Shown here one piece after another: positions 7,616 through 16,903 of a stretch of 26,579 nt of DNA. Origin of the DNA: a virus; UHGV virus genome UHGV-1484038. One strand, given 5' to 3'. Under the pieces are notes generated by a model, which made no database searches, was not told the origin of the DNA, and worked only from the letters and a program-made list of their open reading frames with translations. The number at the start of each line of letters is the position of its first letter. Position 1 is the stretch's first letter. Both the position numbers and the translations under genes were made by a program.

Positions 7616-9084
7616 TGGCACGAAACAAGCAATCCTCTCAGCGAACGGCACAGGCCACCGCTGACGGCTACGAGAACTTCGTCGCCCGCGTTGGGATGCA
7701 GACGCCTAACCAGCATTCAGCATCGACCTACCGGGCGAACTTCACCAGCCGCAACCGCATGCTGGTGGAATGGTCATATCGCGGTTCGTGGGTTATCGGT
7801 GAAGCGGTCGACGCTATCCCGGACGATATGACCCGAAAGGGCATTCGCATCACTTCGGAGATTGACGCCAAAGACCGTGGCACCCTCGAAGCGCAACTGG
7901 ATGAGTTGCAGATCTGGGATGCGCTGAACGACGTGCTGAAATGGTCGCGCCTCTACGGCGGCGCGGTGGGCTTCATCATGATCGAGGGGCAAGCACCAAT
8001 GACCCCGCTGCGACTCGAAACCATTGGCGAGGGCAAGTTTAAGGGCATTCTCCCGCTCGACCGCTGGATGATTAACCCGGTGCTGACACGCCGCATTAAA
8101 GAGATGGGGCCGGACCTCGGCAAGCCTGAGTTTTACGACGTGGTGACCACCGCAACGGGCATTCCGGCCTGGCGCATCCATCACAGCCGCCTGATCCGCT
8201 TTGATGGCGTCACGCTGCCATTCCAGCAGAAGATGACCGAAAACGAATGGGGAATGTCGGTTGTAGAGCGTATCTGGGATCGGCTTACTGCGTTCGATAG
8301 CGCCACTGTCGGCGCGGCGCAGCTGGTCTATAAAGCGCATCTGCGTACCTATAGCGTGGAGAAGTTGCGCGAGCTTATCGCGCTTGGAGGCCCGGCGTTC
8401 GAAGCGTTGCTGAAGAACATCGACCTGATCCGCAAGTTCCAGAGCAATGAAGGTATGACGCTCATGGACTCGCGGGATAAGTTCGAAACCCACCAGTACA
8501 GCTTTAGTGGTCTGGATGACATTCTTTCGCAGTTTGCTGAGCAGATCAGCGGTGCCGTTGGTATCCCGCTGGTACGCCTGTTCGGTCAATCCCCGAAAGG
8601 CTTCTCTACTGGTGATGCAGACCTCGCCAACTATTACGACCGGGTGAGCTCATTGCAGGAGCGCCGCTTACGGCTGCCGATGCGCCGGATACTGGACATT
8701 ATGCACCGCTCGGAACTCGGAAAGCCGCTGCCGGACGATTTCACGTTTGAGTTTAACCCGCTATGGCAAATGTCAGACGTTGACCGATCAACGGTGGCCG
8801 TAAACACCACCAACGCGATCAGTACCGCGCTGGGCGACGGATTGATGACGCGTAAGGCGGCGATGACCGACCTGCGCGAAAACTCTGACGTCACCGGCAT
8901 CGGGGCATCCATTACCGACGAGGATATCGAGAATGCCGAAGACGAAGCGCCGCCAGGCATCGGCGAACTTGGCGACAAACCGCCAGAGCCGCCAGGCGGA
9001 GATCCGATATCGAACGAGCCTACGGCAGATAGCGCGGGCGGTCGGGGATATCGTAAATGGTCGCTACGATGGTTCAAACGATAG
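7615..9084 (+). CDS. Portal protein
   Basis: 489-aa protein immediately after the large terminase, with an acidic/proline-rich C-terminal tail typical of portals. Confidence 0.8.
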   Translation: MARNKQSSQRTAQATADGYENFVARVGMQTPNQHSASTYRANFTSRNRMLVEWSYRGSWVIGEAVDAIPDDMTRKGIRITSEIDAKDRGTLEAQLDELQIWDALNDVLKWSRLYGGAVGFIMIEGQAPMTPLRLETIGEGKFKGILPLDRWMINPVLTRRIKEMGPDLGKPEFYDVVTTATGIPAWRIHHSRLIRFDGVTLPFQQKMTENEWGMSVVERIWDRLTAFDSATVGAAQLVYKAHLRTYSVEKLRELIALGGPAFEALLKNIDLIRKFQSNEGMTLMDSRDKFETHQYSFSGLDDILSQFAEQISGAVGIPLVRLFGQSPKGFSTGDADLANYYDRVSSLQERRLRLPMRRILDIMHRSELGKPLPDDFTFEFNPLWQMSDVDRSTVAVNTTNAISTALGDGLMTRKAAMTDLRENSDVTGIGASITDEDIENAEDEAPPGIGELGDKPPEPPGGDPISNEPTADSAGGRGYRKWSLRWFKR

Positions 9085-9706
9085 CGTCACCGAAATAATG
9101 GATGCGCTGGAGCGCTACAGCGAAATCATCACCCCCTGGGCGACTAAGGTTGCTGAGAGCTTCACCGCCGACATTGCGCGCCAGAATGAAAAGCAGTGGC
9201 GTCAGCACAGCCGGAACATCAGCGCAGAACTACGCAACATGGTCGACCGCGCCCAGGTAGGCCAGGTGATGAAATCCATCGTCGCCGAGCAAATTAAGTA
9301 CATCAAATCTCTGCCTCTTGAGGCCGCCGATCGGGTGTATGACATTCAGAACAAGGCCATCGAGGCTGTAGTAACTGGTGGCCGCGCTGAGCCATTCGCG
9401 AAAGAGATAGCTGCGTCCGGTGACGTGTCACGCTCACGAGCGAACCTTATCGCCCGGACTGAGCTTGGGCGCGCAACCGGTGCACTGGATCAGGCGCGTG
9501 CGCTGTCAATCGGCTCGAATGGTTATATCTGGCGTACAGCCGAAGATGGCGACGTCCGGCATTCTCATCGGGAGATGGAAGGTAAGTTTGTCGAATGGGG
9601 CCGACCTCCAACGCTTGACGGTATGACCGGTCACGCTGGTGAGCTGCCGAACTGCCGCTGTTACAAAGAAATCGTCTTCCCCAACCCTCATTCTTATCTC
9701 GCCTGA
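8933..9706 (+). CDS. Head morphogenesis protein (Mu F / SPP1 gp7 family)
   Basis: C-terminal half ...RANLIARTELGRATGALDQARALSIGSNGYIWRTAEDGDVRHSHREMEGKFV...CRCYKE matches the Mu F-like minor head protein domain. The ORF overlaps the portal by 152 nt; an alternative start is ATG 9098, just after the portal stop. Confidence 0.75.
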   Translation: MPKTKRRQASANLATNRQSRQAEIRYRTSLRQIARAVGDIVNGRYDGSNDSVTEIMDALERYSEIITPWATKVAESFTADIARQNEKQWRQHSRNISAELRNMVDRAQVGQVMKSIVAEQIKYIKSLPLEAADRVYDIQNKAIEAVVTGGRAEPFAKEIAASGDVSRSRANLIARTELGRATGALDQARALSIGSNGYIWRTAEDGDVRHSHREMEGKFVEWGRPPTLDGMTGHAGELPNCRCYKEIVFPNPHSYLA

Positions 9707-9720
9707 ATCGCAGGTAAACC

Positions 9721-10941
9721 ATGAAATATTTTTTCAATACCCGGCTGGGGGAAACCCGCTATCAGCTGGCTGACGGCTCGCTGTTGTGTAAAGACGTGCC
9801 GATAGGTCGAACGGGTAAGCAGCTCTACGGCGCTGCCGATCTGCCAAACCTCAAACCCGACAAGCTCGGTGAGATAGTCGTAACGCGTTCTCCTGAGCAG
9901 GTATTCCATCCGGCCACGCTCGCCTCATTCGAAGGGATGAGCATCACGATCCTGCATCCTGAAGATGAAAACGGGAATGTGCGGCTGGTAAATCCCGAGA
10001 ACTGGAAAGAGCTTGCTGTCGGGCATCTTCAGAATGTGCGGCGCGGGACTGGTGACCAGTCTGATTTGATGCTGGCAGACCTTATCGTCAAAGACGAAAG
10101 CGCCATTCAGCTTATCGAAGATGGTCTGCGCGAAGTGTCGTGCGGCTATGACGCGGAGTACGAGCAGACCGAGCCAGGTAAAGCCGAGCAGGTCGATATT
10201 ACCGGAAACCATGTGGCTCTTGTCCCTAAAGGCAGAGCCGGAAATCGTTGTGCAATTGGAGACAGAGACACAATGGCAAATCAAAAGAAAAGCTGGTGGA
10301 CCCGCATGCGCACGGCCATCAAAACGGGTGACGCTGACACCATGAACGAACTGCTGGACTCTGCGCCAGCGGCGGTAACGGGTGACGAAGGGGATCTGCC
10401 GAGCGGCGTTAACCTCAACATTAACCTTTCACCGCAGCAACCATTGCCGGACAAAAAGCCGGAAATGGGCGGAGAGCCAACCGGCGACGGCGAGGACGAT
10501 ATCAAAACCTTGCTCAAAGCCCTGCTGGCTAAGCTCGAAGGAACTGCGACGGGCGATAACGACAATAAGCCTGACGATAATCCGACCGGTGACGGCGAGG
10601 ACGATGAAGAAGAAACCACGATTACTGGTGACGCTGCTTATCGTGCCGAAGTTATCGTCCCGGGTATCGATCTGAGCCGTAAGGTGAAACCGACCGCGTT
10701 CAAACGTGATGTGCTGGCTGCCGCTGACAAAACACTGGTTCGCCAGGTTGTCGGTGATGCGGATATCCGCAAATTGCCCAAGCAATCGGTAGATATGGCG
10801 TTTAACGCCGTGTCAGAGATTGCCAAAGGGCGAAACACCCGCAGCACCACGGGCGATGCACAACGTCCAAATATGGGCATGACCAGCATCGCTTCCCTGA
10901 ACAAACAAAACGCCGACTTCTGGTCTAACCGCAAAGGATAA
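9721..10941 (+). CDS. Putative head scaffolding / prohead maturation protein with acidic repeat linker
   Basis: 406-aa protein between the head morphogenesis and capsid genes. The central region is highly acidic with a repeated PTGDGEDD peptide (about 10480-10610). Family assignment is tentative. Confidence 0.6.
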   Translation: MKYFFNTRLGETRYQLADGSLLCKDVPIGRTGKQLYGAADLPNLKPDKLGEIVVTRSPEQVFHPATLASFEGMSITILHPEDENGNVRLVNPENWKELAVGHLQNVRRGTGDQSDLMLADLIVKDESAIQLIEDGLREVSCGYDAEYEQTEPGKAEQVDITGNHVALVPKGRAGNRCAIGDRDTMANQKKSWWTRMRTAIKTGDADTMNELLDSAPAAVTGDEGDLPSGVNLNINLSPQQPLPDKKPEMGGEPTGDGEDDIKTLLKALLAKLEGTATGDNDNKPDDNPTGDGEDDEEETTITGDAAYRAEVIVPGIDLSRKVKPTAFKRDVLAAADKTLVRQVVGDADIRKLPKQSVDMAFNAVSEIAKGRNTRSTTGDAQRPNMGMTSIASLNKQNADFWSNRKG

Positions 10942-10945
10942 TCCA

Positions 10946-11449
10946 ATGACTGCATATCTGTACCGGATGCCTGTTGGCATTGCCGGGGCTATCTCTCGCC
11001 CGCAGGACTTAACCGTCGAACCGGTGATCCTTAAATCCGCTAACGCCTTCGCTGCCTATGGTCTGGCTGGCAAATATGACGCTGACGGCTTTTTCGTGCC
11101 GCTGGCGGACGGTGACACCGCCGACAAGGTGAAGGGGATCTACGTTCGTCCGTATCCGACCACATCGCAGCCAGACATGGTTCGCCAGGTGGGGACGGAT
11201 AAGAACTTCCCGGGTGACGCCATGAAGCGTGGCTACATGACCGTTAATCTCGGTTCTGATTTTGATGCCAGCACCATCAAAAAAGGCGACCCGGTATACG
11301 TTGTCGTCTCCACTGATGAATCCATCAAAGTGCCGCTGGGCGGCTTCATGTCCACGTCCGTCAGTGGCAAAAACGTGGCGCTGACCAACGCCGAATTCAC
11401 AGGGGCCGGTGACGCTAACGGCAATGCAGAAATCTCCTGGAAGATTTAA
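10946..11449 (+). CDS. Putative head structural/decoration protein
   Basis: 167-aa ORF with good Shine-Dalgarno (AAAGGA), positioned between the scaffold-like and major capsid genes; Gly/Ala-rich beta-type composition. Confidence 0.55.
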   Translation: MTAYLYRMPVGIAGAISRPQDLTVEPVILKSANAFAAYGLAGKYDADGFFVPLADGDTADKVKGIYVRPYPTTSQPDMVRQVGTDKNFPGDAMKRGYMTVNLGSDFDASTIKKGDPVYVVVSTDESIKVPLGGFMSTSVSGKNVALTNAEFTGAGDANGNAEISWKI

Positions 11450-11460
11450 GGAACAGACGA

Positions 11461-12402
11461 ATGATTACTTTTGATCAGGCAACCGTTGATAGCTCTGGTG
11501 CCTTTCTCATCGGGGAGCTGGAGCGACTCGACCAGACGCTGAACCTGCCGCTGGTGGGTTACACCTGGACCCGCGATATTCAGCTGCGTGAAGACGTTTC
11601 TATCGCAGATGACATTTCCAGCTGGACTAACACCAGTTTTGGCGCTGCTGGTACTGGCGCAAATCCGAATGGTAAAAACTGGGTAGGCAAAGACTCCACC
11701 GCTATTGCTGGCGTGAACGTGGATATCAGCAAAGACGGCAATCCACTGAACCTCTGGGGCATGGAACTGGGCTGGACCGTTGTAGAGCTGGCAGCAGCTC
11801 AGCAGGTAGGTCGCCCGATTGATACCCAGAAGTACGACGGGATGCAGCTCAAATGGCAGATGGACAACGACGAGCAGGTTTACATCGGCGATGACGCACT
11901 CGGCCTGAAAGGTCTGGCAAACCTCGTCGGTGTGACGCTGAACAACGCGCCGAAGACCTGGGCGAACTCAACCAACGACGAGATCCTCGATAGCGTGAAC
12001 AGCATTCTGTCTAATGCCTGGGCAGCATCCGGTTATTCCATCGTGCCTTCTGATCTGCGCATTCCGCCAGAGCAGTATTCACTGCTGGCGAGCCGTAAGG
12101 TTTCCGAAGCGGGTAACCAGTCGCTGCTGACCTATCTGGCCGTGAACACTATCGCTTTCCACCAGAACGGCGTTCCGCTTGAAATCAAAGCGGTCAAATG
12201 GCTGAAAGGGCGTGGGGTTGGCGGTAAAGACCGTATGATCGCCTACACCAACGACAAGAAATACGTGCGCTATCCGCTGGTGCCGTTGCAGAGCGTTCCT
12301 GTCCAGTATCGCGGTCTGTATCAGATTGCGACCTACTACGGCAAGCTCGGTGCGGTTGAGCCAGTGTACAAAGAAACCCTGTCCTACGTGGACGGTATCT
12401 GA
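11461..12402 (+). CDS. Major capsid protein
   Basis: 313-aa protein after the scaffold/decoration genes and followed by a strong stem-loop. Size and position fit the major capsid gene of this head-module type. Confidence 0.7.
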   Translation: MITFDQATVDSSGAFLIGELERLDQTLNLPLVGYTWTRDIQLREDVSIADDISSWTNTSFGAAGTGANPNGKNWVGKDSTAIAGVNVDISKDGNPLNLWGMELGWTVVELAAAQQVGRPIDTQKYDGMQLKWQMDNDEQVYIGDDALGLKGLANLVGVTLNNAPKTWANSTNDEILDSVNSILSNAWAASGYSIVPSDLRIPPEQYSLLASRKVSEAGNQSLLTYLAVNTIAFHQNGVPLEIKAVKWLKGRGVGGKDRMIAYTNDKKYVRYPLVPLQSVPVQYRGLYQIATYYGKLGAVEPVYKETLSYVDGI

Positions 12403-12412
12403 TAACCAGAAC

Positions 12413-12428
12413 GGCCCCGAAAGGGGCC
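12413..12428 (+). other. GC stem-loop (GGCCCC-GAAA-GGGGCC) immediately 3' of the major capsid gene
   Basis: Perfect 6-bp GC stem with GAAA tetraloop, read directly; no U-tract follows, so more likely an RNA stability/processing element than a terminator. Confidence 0.4.
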
Positions 12429-12443
12429 AGAAGGGAACTGAAA

Positions 12444-12833
12444 ATGGCGAAAGAAAAGCTGGTTACCATCCATGTTCACACCCCGTTTACGCTGACGCTC
12501 GGCGATCAGTCAAAACAGGAGTTTGGCCGGGGACGGCATAACGTACCGGAAGAAGTCGCGTCGCACTGGTTCACCCATGCGCACGCTGAGCTTTCCGAAA
12601 GCGTGATTAGCGACACCGATGATCTGCAACCCATTATCGACAGCCTGCAAGCGCAGATTGCCGACAAAGATAAGCAGATTGTCGATAAAGATCAGCTGAT
12701 TGCCGACCTGAAAGAAGCGCTGCTCAAGCTGCAAGAGCAGAACGACAGCCTGCAAGCGCAGATTGCTGCCGCCCAGACTGGCGGTAATGGGGCGAAAGAT
12801 GCCAAAGAATCAAAGCCTGCCAACAGTAAGTGA
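12444..12833 (+). CDS. Hypothetical head-associated protein with coiled-coil C-terminus
   Basis: 129-aa ORF with Shine-Dalgarno AAGGGAA upstream. Contains a repeated DSLQAQIA peptide within a heptad-like region and a Lys-rich tail. Confidence 0.55.
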   Translation: MAKEKLVTIHVHTPFTLTLGDQSKQEFGRGRHNVPEEVASHWFTHAHAELSESVISDTDDLQPIIDSLQAQIADKDKQIVDKDQLIADLKEALLKLQEQNDSLQAQIAAAQTGGNGAKDAKESKPANSK

Positions 12834-13206
12834 TTTTCGCCGCGACTTCCCGCAGTTTGCTGACCCTGCCAAATATCCAGAAGCACAAATCCAGTTTCGT
12901 CTGAATCTGGCTGATGTGCTGCTGAGCGAAAACGTCACCGGCAAAGAGTTGTTTCCGTACTTTGTCGAGTTGTTCGTGGCTCACTACATGACGCTCTGGG
13001 CGGCAGATAGCCGGGCAATGCTCGTCGGCGGCCCGGGTGGCTCAACCAATGGTGTTCAGTCCTCCAAGTCCGTTGACAAGGTAAGCGTCAGCTATGACAC
13101 CAGCGCGACGCTAAACCCTGACGCAGGCTTCTGGAATAACACCCGATATGGCGCTGAATTTTATCAGCTGATCACGATGTTCGGTGCGGGCGGTCGCCAG
13201 CTATGA
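12799..13206 (+). CDS. Putative head-tail connector/adaptor protein
   Basis: ORF 12763-13206; the internal ATG at 12799 ([20 protein letters not shown]...) is chosen to minimise overlap with the upstream gene. Position is downstream of the capsid gene. Confidence 0.5.
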   Translation: MPKNQSLPTVSDFRRDFPQFADPAKYPEAQIQFRLNLADVLLSENVTGKELFPYFVELFVAHYMTLWAADSRAMLVGGPGGSTNGVQSSKSVDKVSVSYDTSATLNPDAGFWNNTRYGAEFYQLITMFGAGGRQL

Positions 13207-13757
13207 GTTTCAAAAGTGGTGTAACAACGAGGGTTGATAACGCTCAGGCCATTCTGGATGCGCTCCGGTCGCTAACCAAAAAGGATGTGCTGGTGGGCAT
13301 CCCGGAAGAAGACAGCGAGCGTGAGGATGTTCCGTTTGGTAATGCCGGGATCGGTTACGTCAACGAATACGGCTCACCAGCGCAAAACATACCCCCACGC
13401 CCGCACCTGATCCCCGGCGTTAAATCCGTAGAGGAACAGACTGTGCCGCAGCTCAAAGCAGCGGCGCAGGCTGCGCTTGATGGAAATGCGGCGGGTGCGG
13501 AAAGAGCGCTTAACCGCGCCGGAACGCTGGCCGCGAATGGCGTCAGGCGTTACATGACCATTACCGGCTTTACACCGCTTGCTGATAGCACCGTTGAAGC
13601 ACGCGCACGCCGTGGGCGCAAAGGGGCAAAAGAGGAACTTGCGCGGCGCGCTGCTGGTGAGTCTCCTGGAACCGATCTGGTGAAACCGCTAATCGACACC
13701 GGGCAATATCGCAGAGCTATTACCCATATTGTGAGGGATAAAGATGCCGAATCTTGA
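13203..13757 (+). CDS. Hypothetical virion/neck protein
   Basis: 184-aa ORF with ATGA coupling to the upstream gene, inside the head-tail joining block. Confidence 0.55.
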   Translation: MSFKSGVTTRVDNAQAILDALRSLTKKDVLVGIPEEDSEREDVPFGNAGIGYVNEYGSPAQNIPPRPHLIPGVKSVEEQTVPQLKAAAQAALDGNAAGAERALNRAGTLAANGVRRYMTITGFTPLADSTVEARARRGRKGAKEELARRAAGESPGTDLVKPLIDTGQYRRAITHIVRDKDAES

Positions 13758-14133
13758 TGTGACGGACGTACTTTTTGACCCCGATTTTTGCGACTTCAAC
13801 CTGTGGGTAACGCGTCGCGTGCAAACGGTGGACGATGACGGGATCGGCAGCGACAGTGAAGTTAAAACGCAGTTTGCCGGAGACGTAACTGTTGATCGCT
13901 CTCTGGAAAACCGTCGTATGCAGGCCGGGCAGGTAATCAGTGGTGCAATTCTGATTGTGACGACTGAGCGACTGACGCAGGGACAGACTGGCCGTGATGC
14001 CGATATCGTGACGTATCAGAACCGTGATTATCGCGTGACATTCGTCGACCCGTATACGGCTTACGGTGCTGGCTTCGTCCAGGCTCATTGTGAATTACTG
14101 CCGTTTGATGGGGGAACTCCCATTGAGCAATAA
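13744..14133 (+). CDS. Hypothetical virion/neck protein
   Basis: 129-aa ORF overlapping the upstream gene end, consistent with translational coupling in the neck module. Confidence 0.5.
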   Translation: MPNLDVTDVLFDPDFCDFNLWVTRRVQTVDDDGIGSDSEVKTQFAGDVTVDRSLENRRMQAGQVISGAILIVTTERLTQGQTGRDADIVTYQNRDYRVTFVDPYTAYGAGFVQAHCELLPFDGGTPIEQ

Positions 14134-14671
14134 CACCAGCACAGAGCGCGGCTGGCTGACACCCACCAGCGGCGATCCGGCTTATGACGAAGCGCTCGAC
14201 AGGCTGCTAAGCCGATGGATGCGCAATGTTTCCGGCTTGCCTGCGGGGATGGTTCGCCCGCGCTGGCAGAAAGAACAGCCATCACTACCGTCAGTTGAAA
14301 CGAACTGGTGTGCGTTCGGCGTTACCGGGTGGCCCATTGATAACAGTCCTGCATTCACCAATCAGACCGACGAGGGCGCTCAGCTCTGGCGGCATGAAAC
14401 GTTCGAGTGCATGGCGTCGTTCTATGGCCCGGCTGGTATGTCTTATGCGTCCCGTTTTCGCGATGGCATATCTGTCCCGCAAAACAATGCTGAGCTGAAC
14501 GCGCTTGGTTTGTCTCTGGGCGACTATACCGGTCTGACCCCTTTCCCCGAACTTATCAACCAGCAATGGGTTCGCCGCTACGACATGACGGTGCGCCTGC
14601 GCCGGAAGGTCGTGCGCGAGTACGGCATTAAATCGCTGGTGGAAGCGCCAGTCACCTTTTTTGGAGAATAA
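14108..14671 (+). CDS. Hypothetical tail completion/neck protein
   Basis: ORF 14066-14671; start set at internal ATG 14108 to reduce overlap. Lies immediately upstream of the sheath gene. Confidence 0.5.
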   Translation: MGELPLSNNTSTERGWLTPTSGDPAYDEALDRLLSRWMRNVSGLPAGMVRPRWQKEQPSLPSVETNWCAFGVTGWPIDNSPAFTNQTDEGAQLWRHETFECMASFYGPAGMSYASRFRDGISVPQNNAELNALGLSLGDYTGLTPFPELINQQWVRRYDMTVRLRRKVVREYGIKSLVEAPVTFFGE

Positions 14672-14674
14672 ACT

Positions 14675-15835
14675 ATGACGCAGGGCTTACCTGTATCCAA
14701 CGTTGTAAACGTTGATGTGATCATCTCGCCGAAAGCGGCTACTGGTCGTAACTTCGGCGCACTGCTGATCCTCGGTTCTTCCACTGTCATTCCGGTGCAG
14801 GAGCGTATTCGCCTTTATGCGTCCGTTGAGGACATTGGCGAAGACTTCGGTGTCGACAGCCCGGAATATAAAGCAGCGCAGGTTTTCTTCAGCCAGTCAC
14901 CGAAGCCGACACAGGTTTATGTTGGTCGCTGGGCGAAGACGCTGAGTTCTTCCGAGAGTGGAGATACTGAAACTATCGTGCAAGCCGTTAATGCCTGCCT
15001 GCAATATACCAACTGGTATGGGCTGGTTGTCGCTGATGATGTTGTCGCTGGTGGCGATGTGCTTGATGCTGATGACGTGATTGAGGTCGCCAAACTTATT
15101 GAAGCGTCCAGCCTTAGCCGTATCTTTGGTGTGACCTCTGCCGACGCCGAGATTATCAGCACGACTTCGACGACCGATGTTGCGTCTAAATTAAAGGCCG
15201 GTAAGTATTCCCGTACCTTTATTCAATATTCCACCAGCAGCCCTTATGCGGCGGTTTCAGCTTTCGGTCGCGCGTTTACTGTCAATTTCAACGGCAGCAA
15301 TACCACCATTACCCTGAAATTCAAACAGGAACCGAGCGTAACCTACGAAACGCTGACGGTAGGACAGGCGGCGGCTGTGGATGCGAAGAATGCGAACGTG
15401 TTCGTGTACTACGCCAACGACACGGCGATCCTGCAACAGGGTGTCATGGCGAACGGTGACTTCTTCGACGAGCGCCACGGGCTCGACTGGTTGCAGAACT
15501 ACGTTCAGACCAACCTCTATAACCTGCTTTACACCAGCACCACCAAAATTCCGCAGACTGATGCCGGTGTGACCCGTCTGCTTTCCAACGTTGAACAGTC
15601 CATGGATCAGTCCGTCACGAACGGTCTGGTAGCTGCTGGCGTGTGGAATGGTGGCCCTATCGGACAGCTGAATTCCGGCGATACGCTGACCAAAGGCTAT
15701 TACGTGTATGCGCAACCGCTGTCCGAACAGGCGCAGGCCGACCGCGAAGCGCGCAAAGCACCGTTAATCCAGGTGGCCTGTAAGCTGGCTGGCGCAGTTC
15801 ATTATGCCGATGTGCAGATCAACGTGGTTCGCTAA
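14675..15835 (+). CDS. Contractile tail sheath protein
   Basis: 386-aa protein followed directly by a 146-aa tube-like protein, chaperone and tape measure, the conserved myovirus order. Composition and size fit short sheath proteins. Confidence 0.7.
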   Translation: MTQGLPVSNVVNVDVIISPKAATGRNFGALLILGSSTVIPVQERIRLYASVEDIGEDFGVDSPEYKAAQVFFSQSPKPTQVYVGRWAKTLSSSESGDTETIVQAVNACLQYTNWYGLVVADDVVAGGDVLDADDVIEVAKLIEASSLSRIFGVTSADAEIISTTSTTDVASKLKAGKYSRTFIQYSTSSPYAAVSAFGRAFTVNFNGSNTTITLKFKQEPSVTYETLTVGQAAAVDAKNANVFVYYANDTAILQQGVMANGDFFDERHGLDWLQNYVQTNLYNLLYTSTTKIPQTDAGVTRLLSNVEQSMDQSVTNGLVAAGVWNGGPIGQLNSGDTLTKGYYVYAQPLSEQAQADREARKAPLIQVACKLAGAVHYADVQINVVR

Positions 15836-15845
15836 GGAGCGATAA

Positions 15846-16286
15846 ATGGCAACTTATTCTTTTCTCGATGTAACCGCGTCGCTCACCGGGCCGACCGGCG
15901 TTATCGATCTTGGTCAGGGTTCTGCGAACTCTGAGGAAGGTATCACCCAGACTATGGGCGGCAACAAGAACACCATGACCATCGGTGCCGATGGCGAAGT
16001 GATGCACAGCCTGCACGCCGATAAGTCAGGCACCATTACGGTGACGCTGCTGAAAACCTCCCCGGTGAACAAGAAGCTGTCTCTGGCGTATAACGCGCAA
16101 AGCCAGTCCTCTGCCACCTGGGGAAATAACGTGATCGTCATTCGCAACACGGCATCGGGTGATATTTCTACTGCGCGTTCGTGTGCATTCCAGAAACAGC
16201 CTGATTTCAATAACGCCAAAGAGGGCGGAACCGTAGCCTGGGTATTCGATTGCGGCAAGATTGACCAGCTTCTCGGGGAGTTTTAA
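15846..16286 (+). CDS. Tail tube protein
   Basis: 146-aa protein immediately after the sheath gene, with strong Shine-Dalgarno AAGGAG; beta-rich composition. Confidence 0.65.
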   Translation: MATYSFLDVTASLTGPTGVIDLGQGSANSEEGITQTMGGNKNTMTIGADGEVMHSLHADKSGTITVTLLKTSPVNKKLSLAYNAQSQSSATWGNNVIVIRNTASGDISTARSCAFQKQPDFNNAKEGGTVAWVFDCGKIDQLLGEF

Positions 16287-16289
16287 CGC

Positions 16290-16715
16290 ATGGAATTCGA
16301 AATTAAAGGCGTGAAATATCGCACCGCAAAGCTCAGCGTTTTCGAACAGCTGAAGGTGTCCCGCAAGCTGTTGCCGGTTCTGGCCGGGATGGTTTCGGAC
16401 TTCCGGAGCGTTCAGGAGAAGATCAGCAGCAAAGACACCGAAGGCGCGATGGCTACCATCCTGCCAAAGATTGCCAATGCTGTGTCCGATCTGAGTGATG
16501 GCGACGTGGACGCTATCCTGTTCCCCTGTCTTTCCGTTGTTTCACGCGAGCACATGAAAGGCTGGGTGCCGGTCTGCCAGCATGGCGAAATGGCGTTTGA
16601 CGATATCGACCTGCTTACCATGCTGCAACTGGTGGCGCGGGTGGTCGCCGACTCGCTGGGAAATTTTTTGCAAGGACTCCCTACCAGCGAGACGCCCACC
16701 CCGCCAGCGGAATAA
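16290..16715 (+). CDS. Tail assembly chaperone (zero-frame product)
   Basis: 141-aa acidic protein directly upstream of the tape measure gene, with a slippery GGGAAATTTTTT run near its 3' end. Confidence 0.65.
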   Translation: MEFEIKGVKYRTAKLSVFEQLKVSRKLLPVLAGMVSDFRSVQEKISSKDTEGAMATILPKIANAVSDLSDGDVDAILFPCLSVVSREHMKGWVPVCQHGEMAFDDIDLLTMLQLVARVVADSLGNFLQGLPTSETPTPPAE

Positions 16716-16903
16716 CCTTCAACAGCCTGCCGGGCGGTGAAGACTTTATTCTTCGTCCGGCGCTTGCCTTCCATATTGACCAGAAAGACCTTAACAGCGG
16801 TGCGGTAGACCTCTGCCGTATCGCGCTTCTCAATGACTACCTCGACATGCGCGAGGATAACGACGCCCGGGTAGATAAATGGAGAGCGGCCAATGAGCGG
16901 TAA
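16658..16903 (+). CDS. Tail assembly chaperone -1 frameshift extension (C-terminal part of the fusion product)
   Basis: Overlapping slippery heptamers G_GGA_AAT (16658-16664) and A_AAT_TTT (16661-16667). I translated the -1 frame from 16658 to the TAA at 16901-16903 by hand and found no stop. Confidence 0.5.
   Translation, partial: GKFFARTPYQRDAHPASGITFNSLPGGEDFILRPALAFHIDQKDLNSGAVDLCRIALLNDYLDMREDNDARVDKWRAANER

Noticed and set aside
7774-8589. 271-aa minus-strand ORF inside the portal gene
   Set aside because: Antisense to the portal gene in a collinear late operon; no independent start signals.
10281-10619. Ser-rich 112-aa minus-strand ORF
   Set aside because: Antisense image of the acidic GDGEDD repeat region of the scaffold-like gene; composition artefact.
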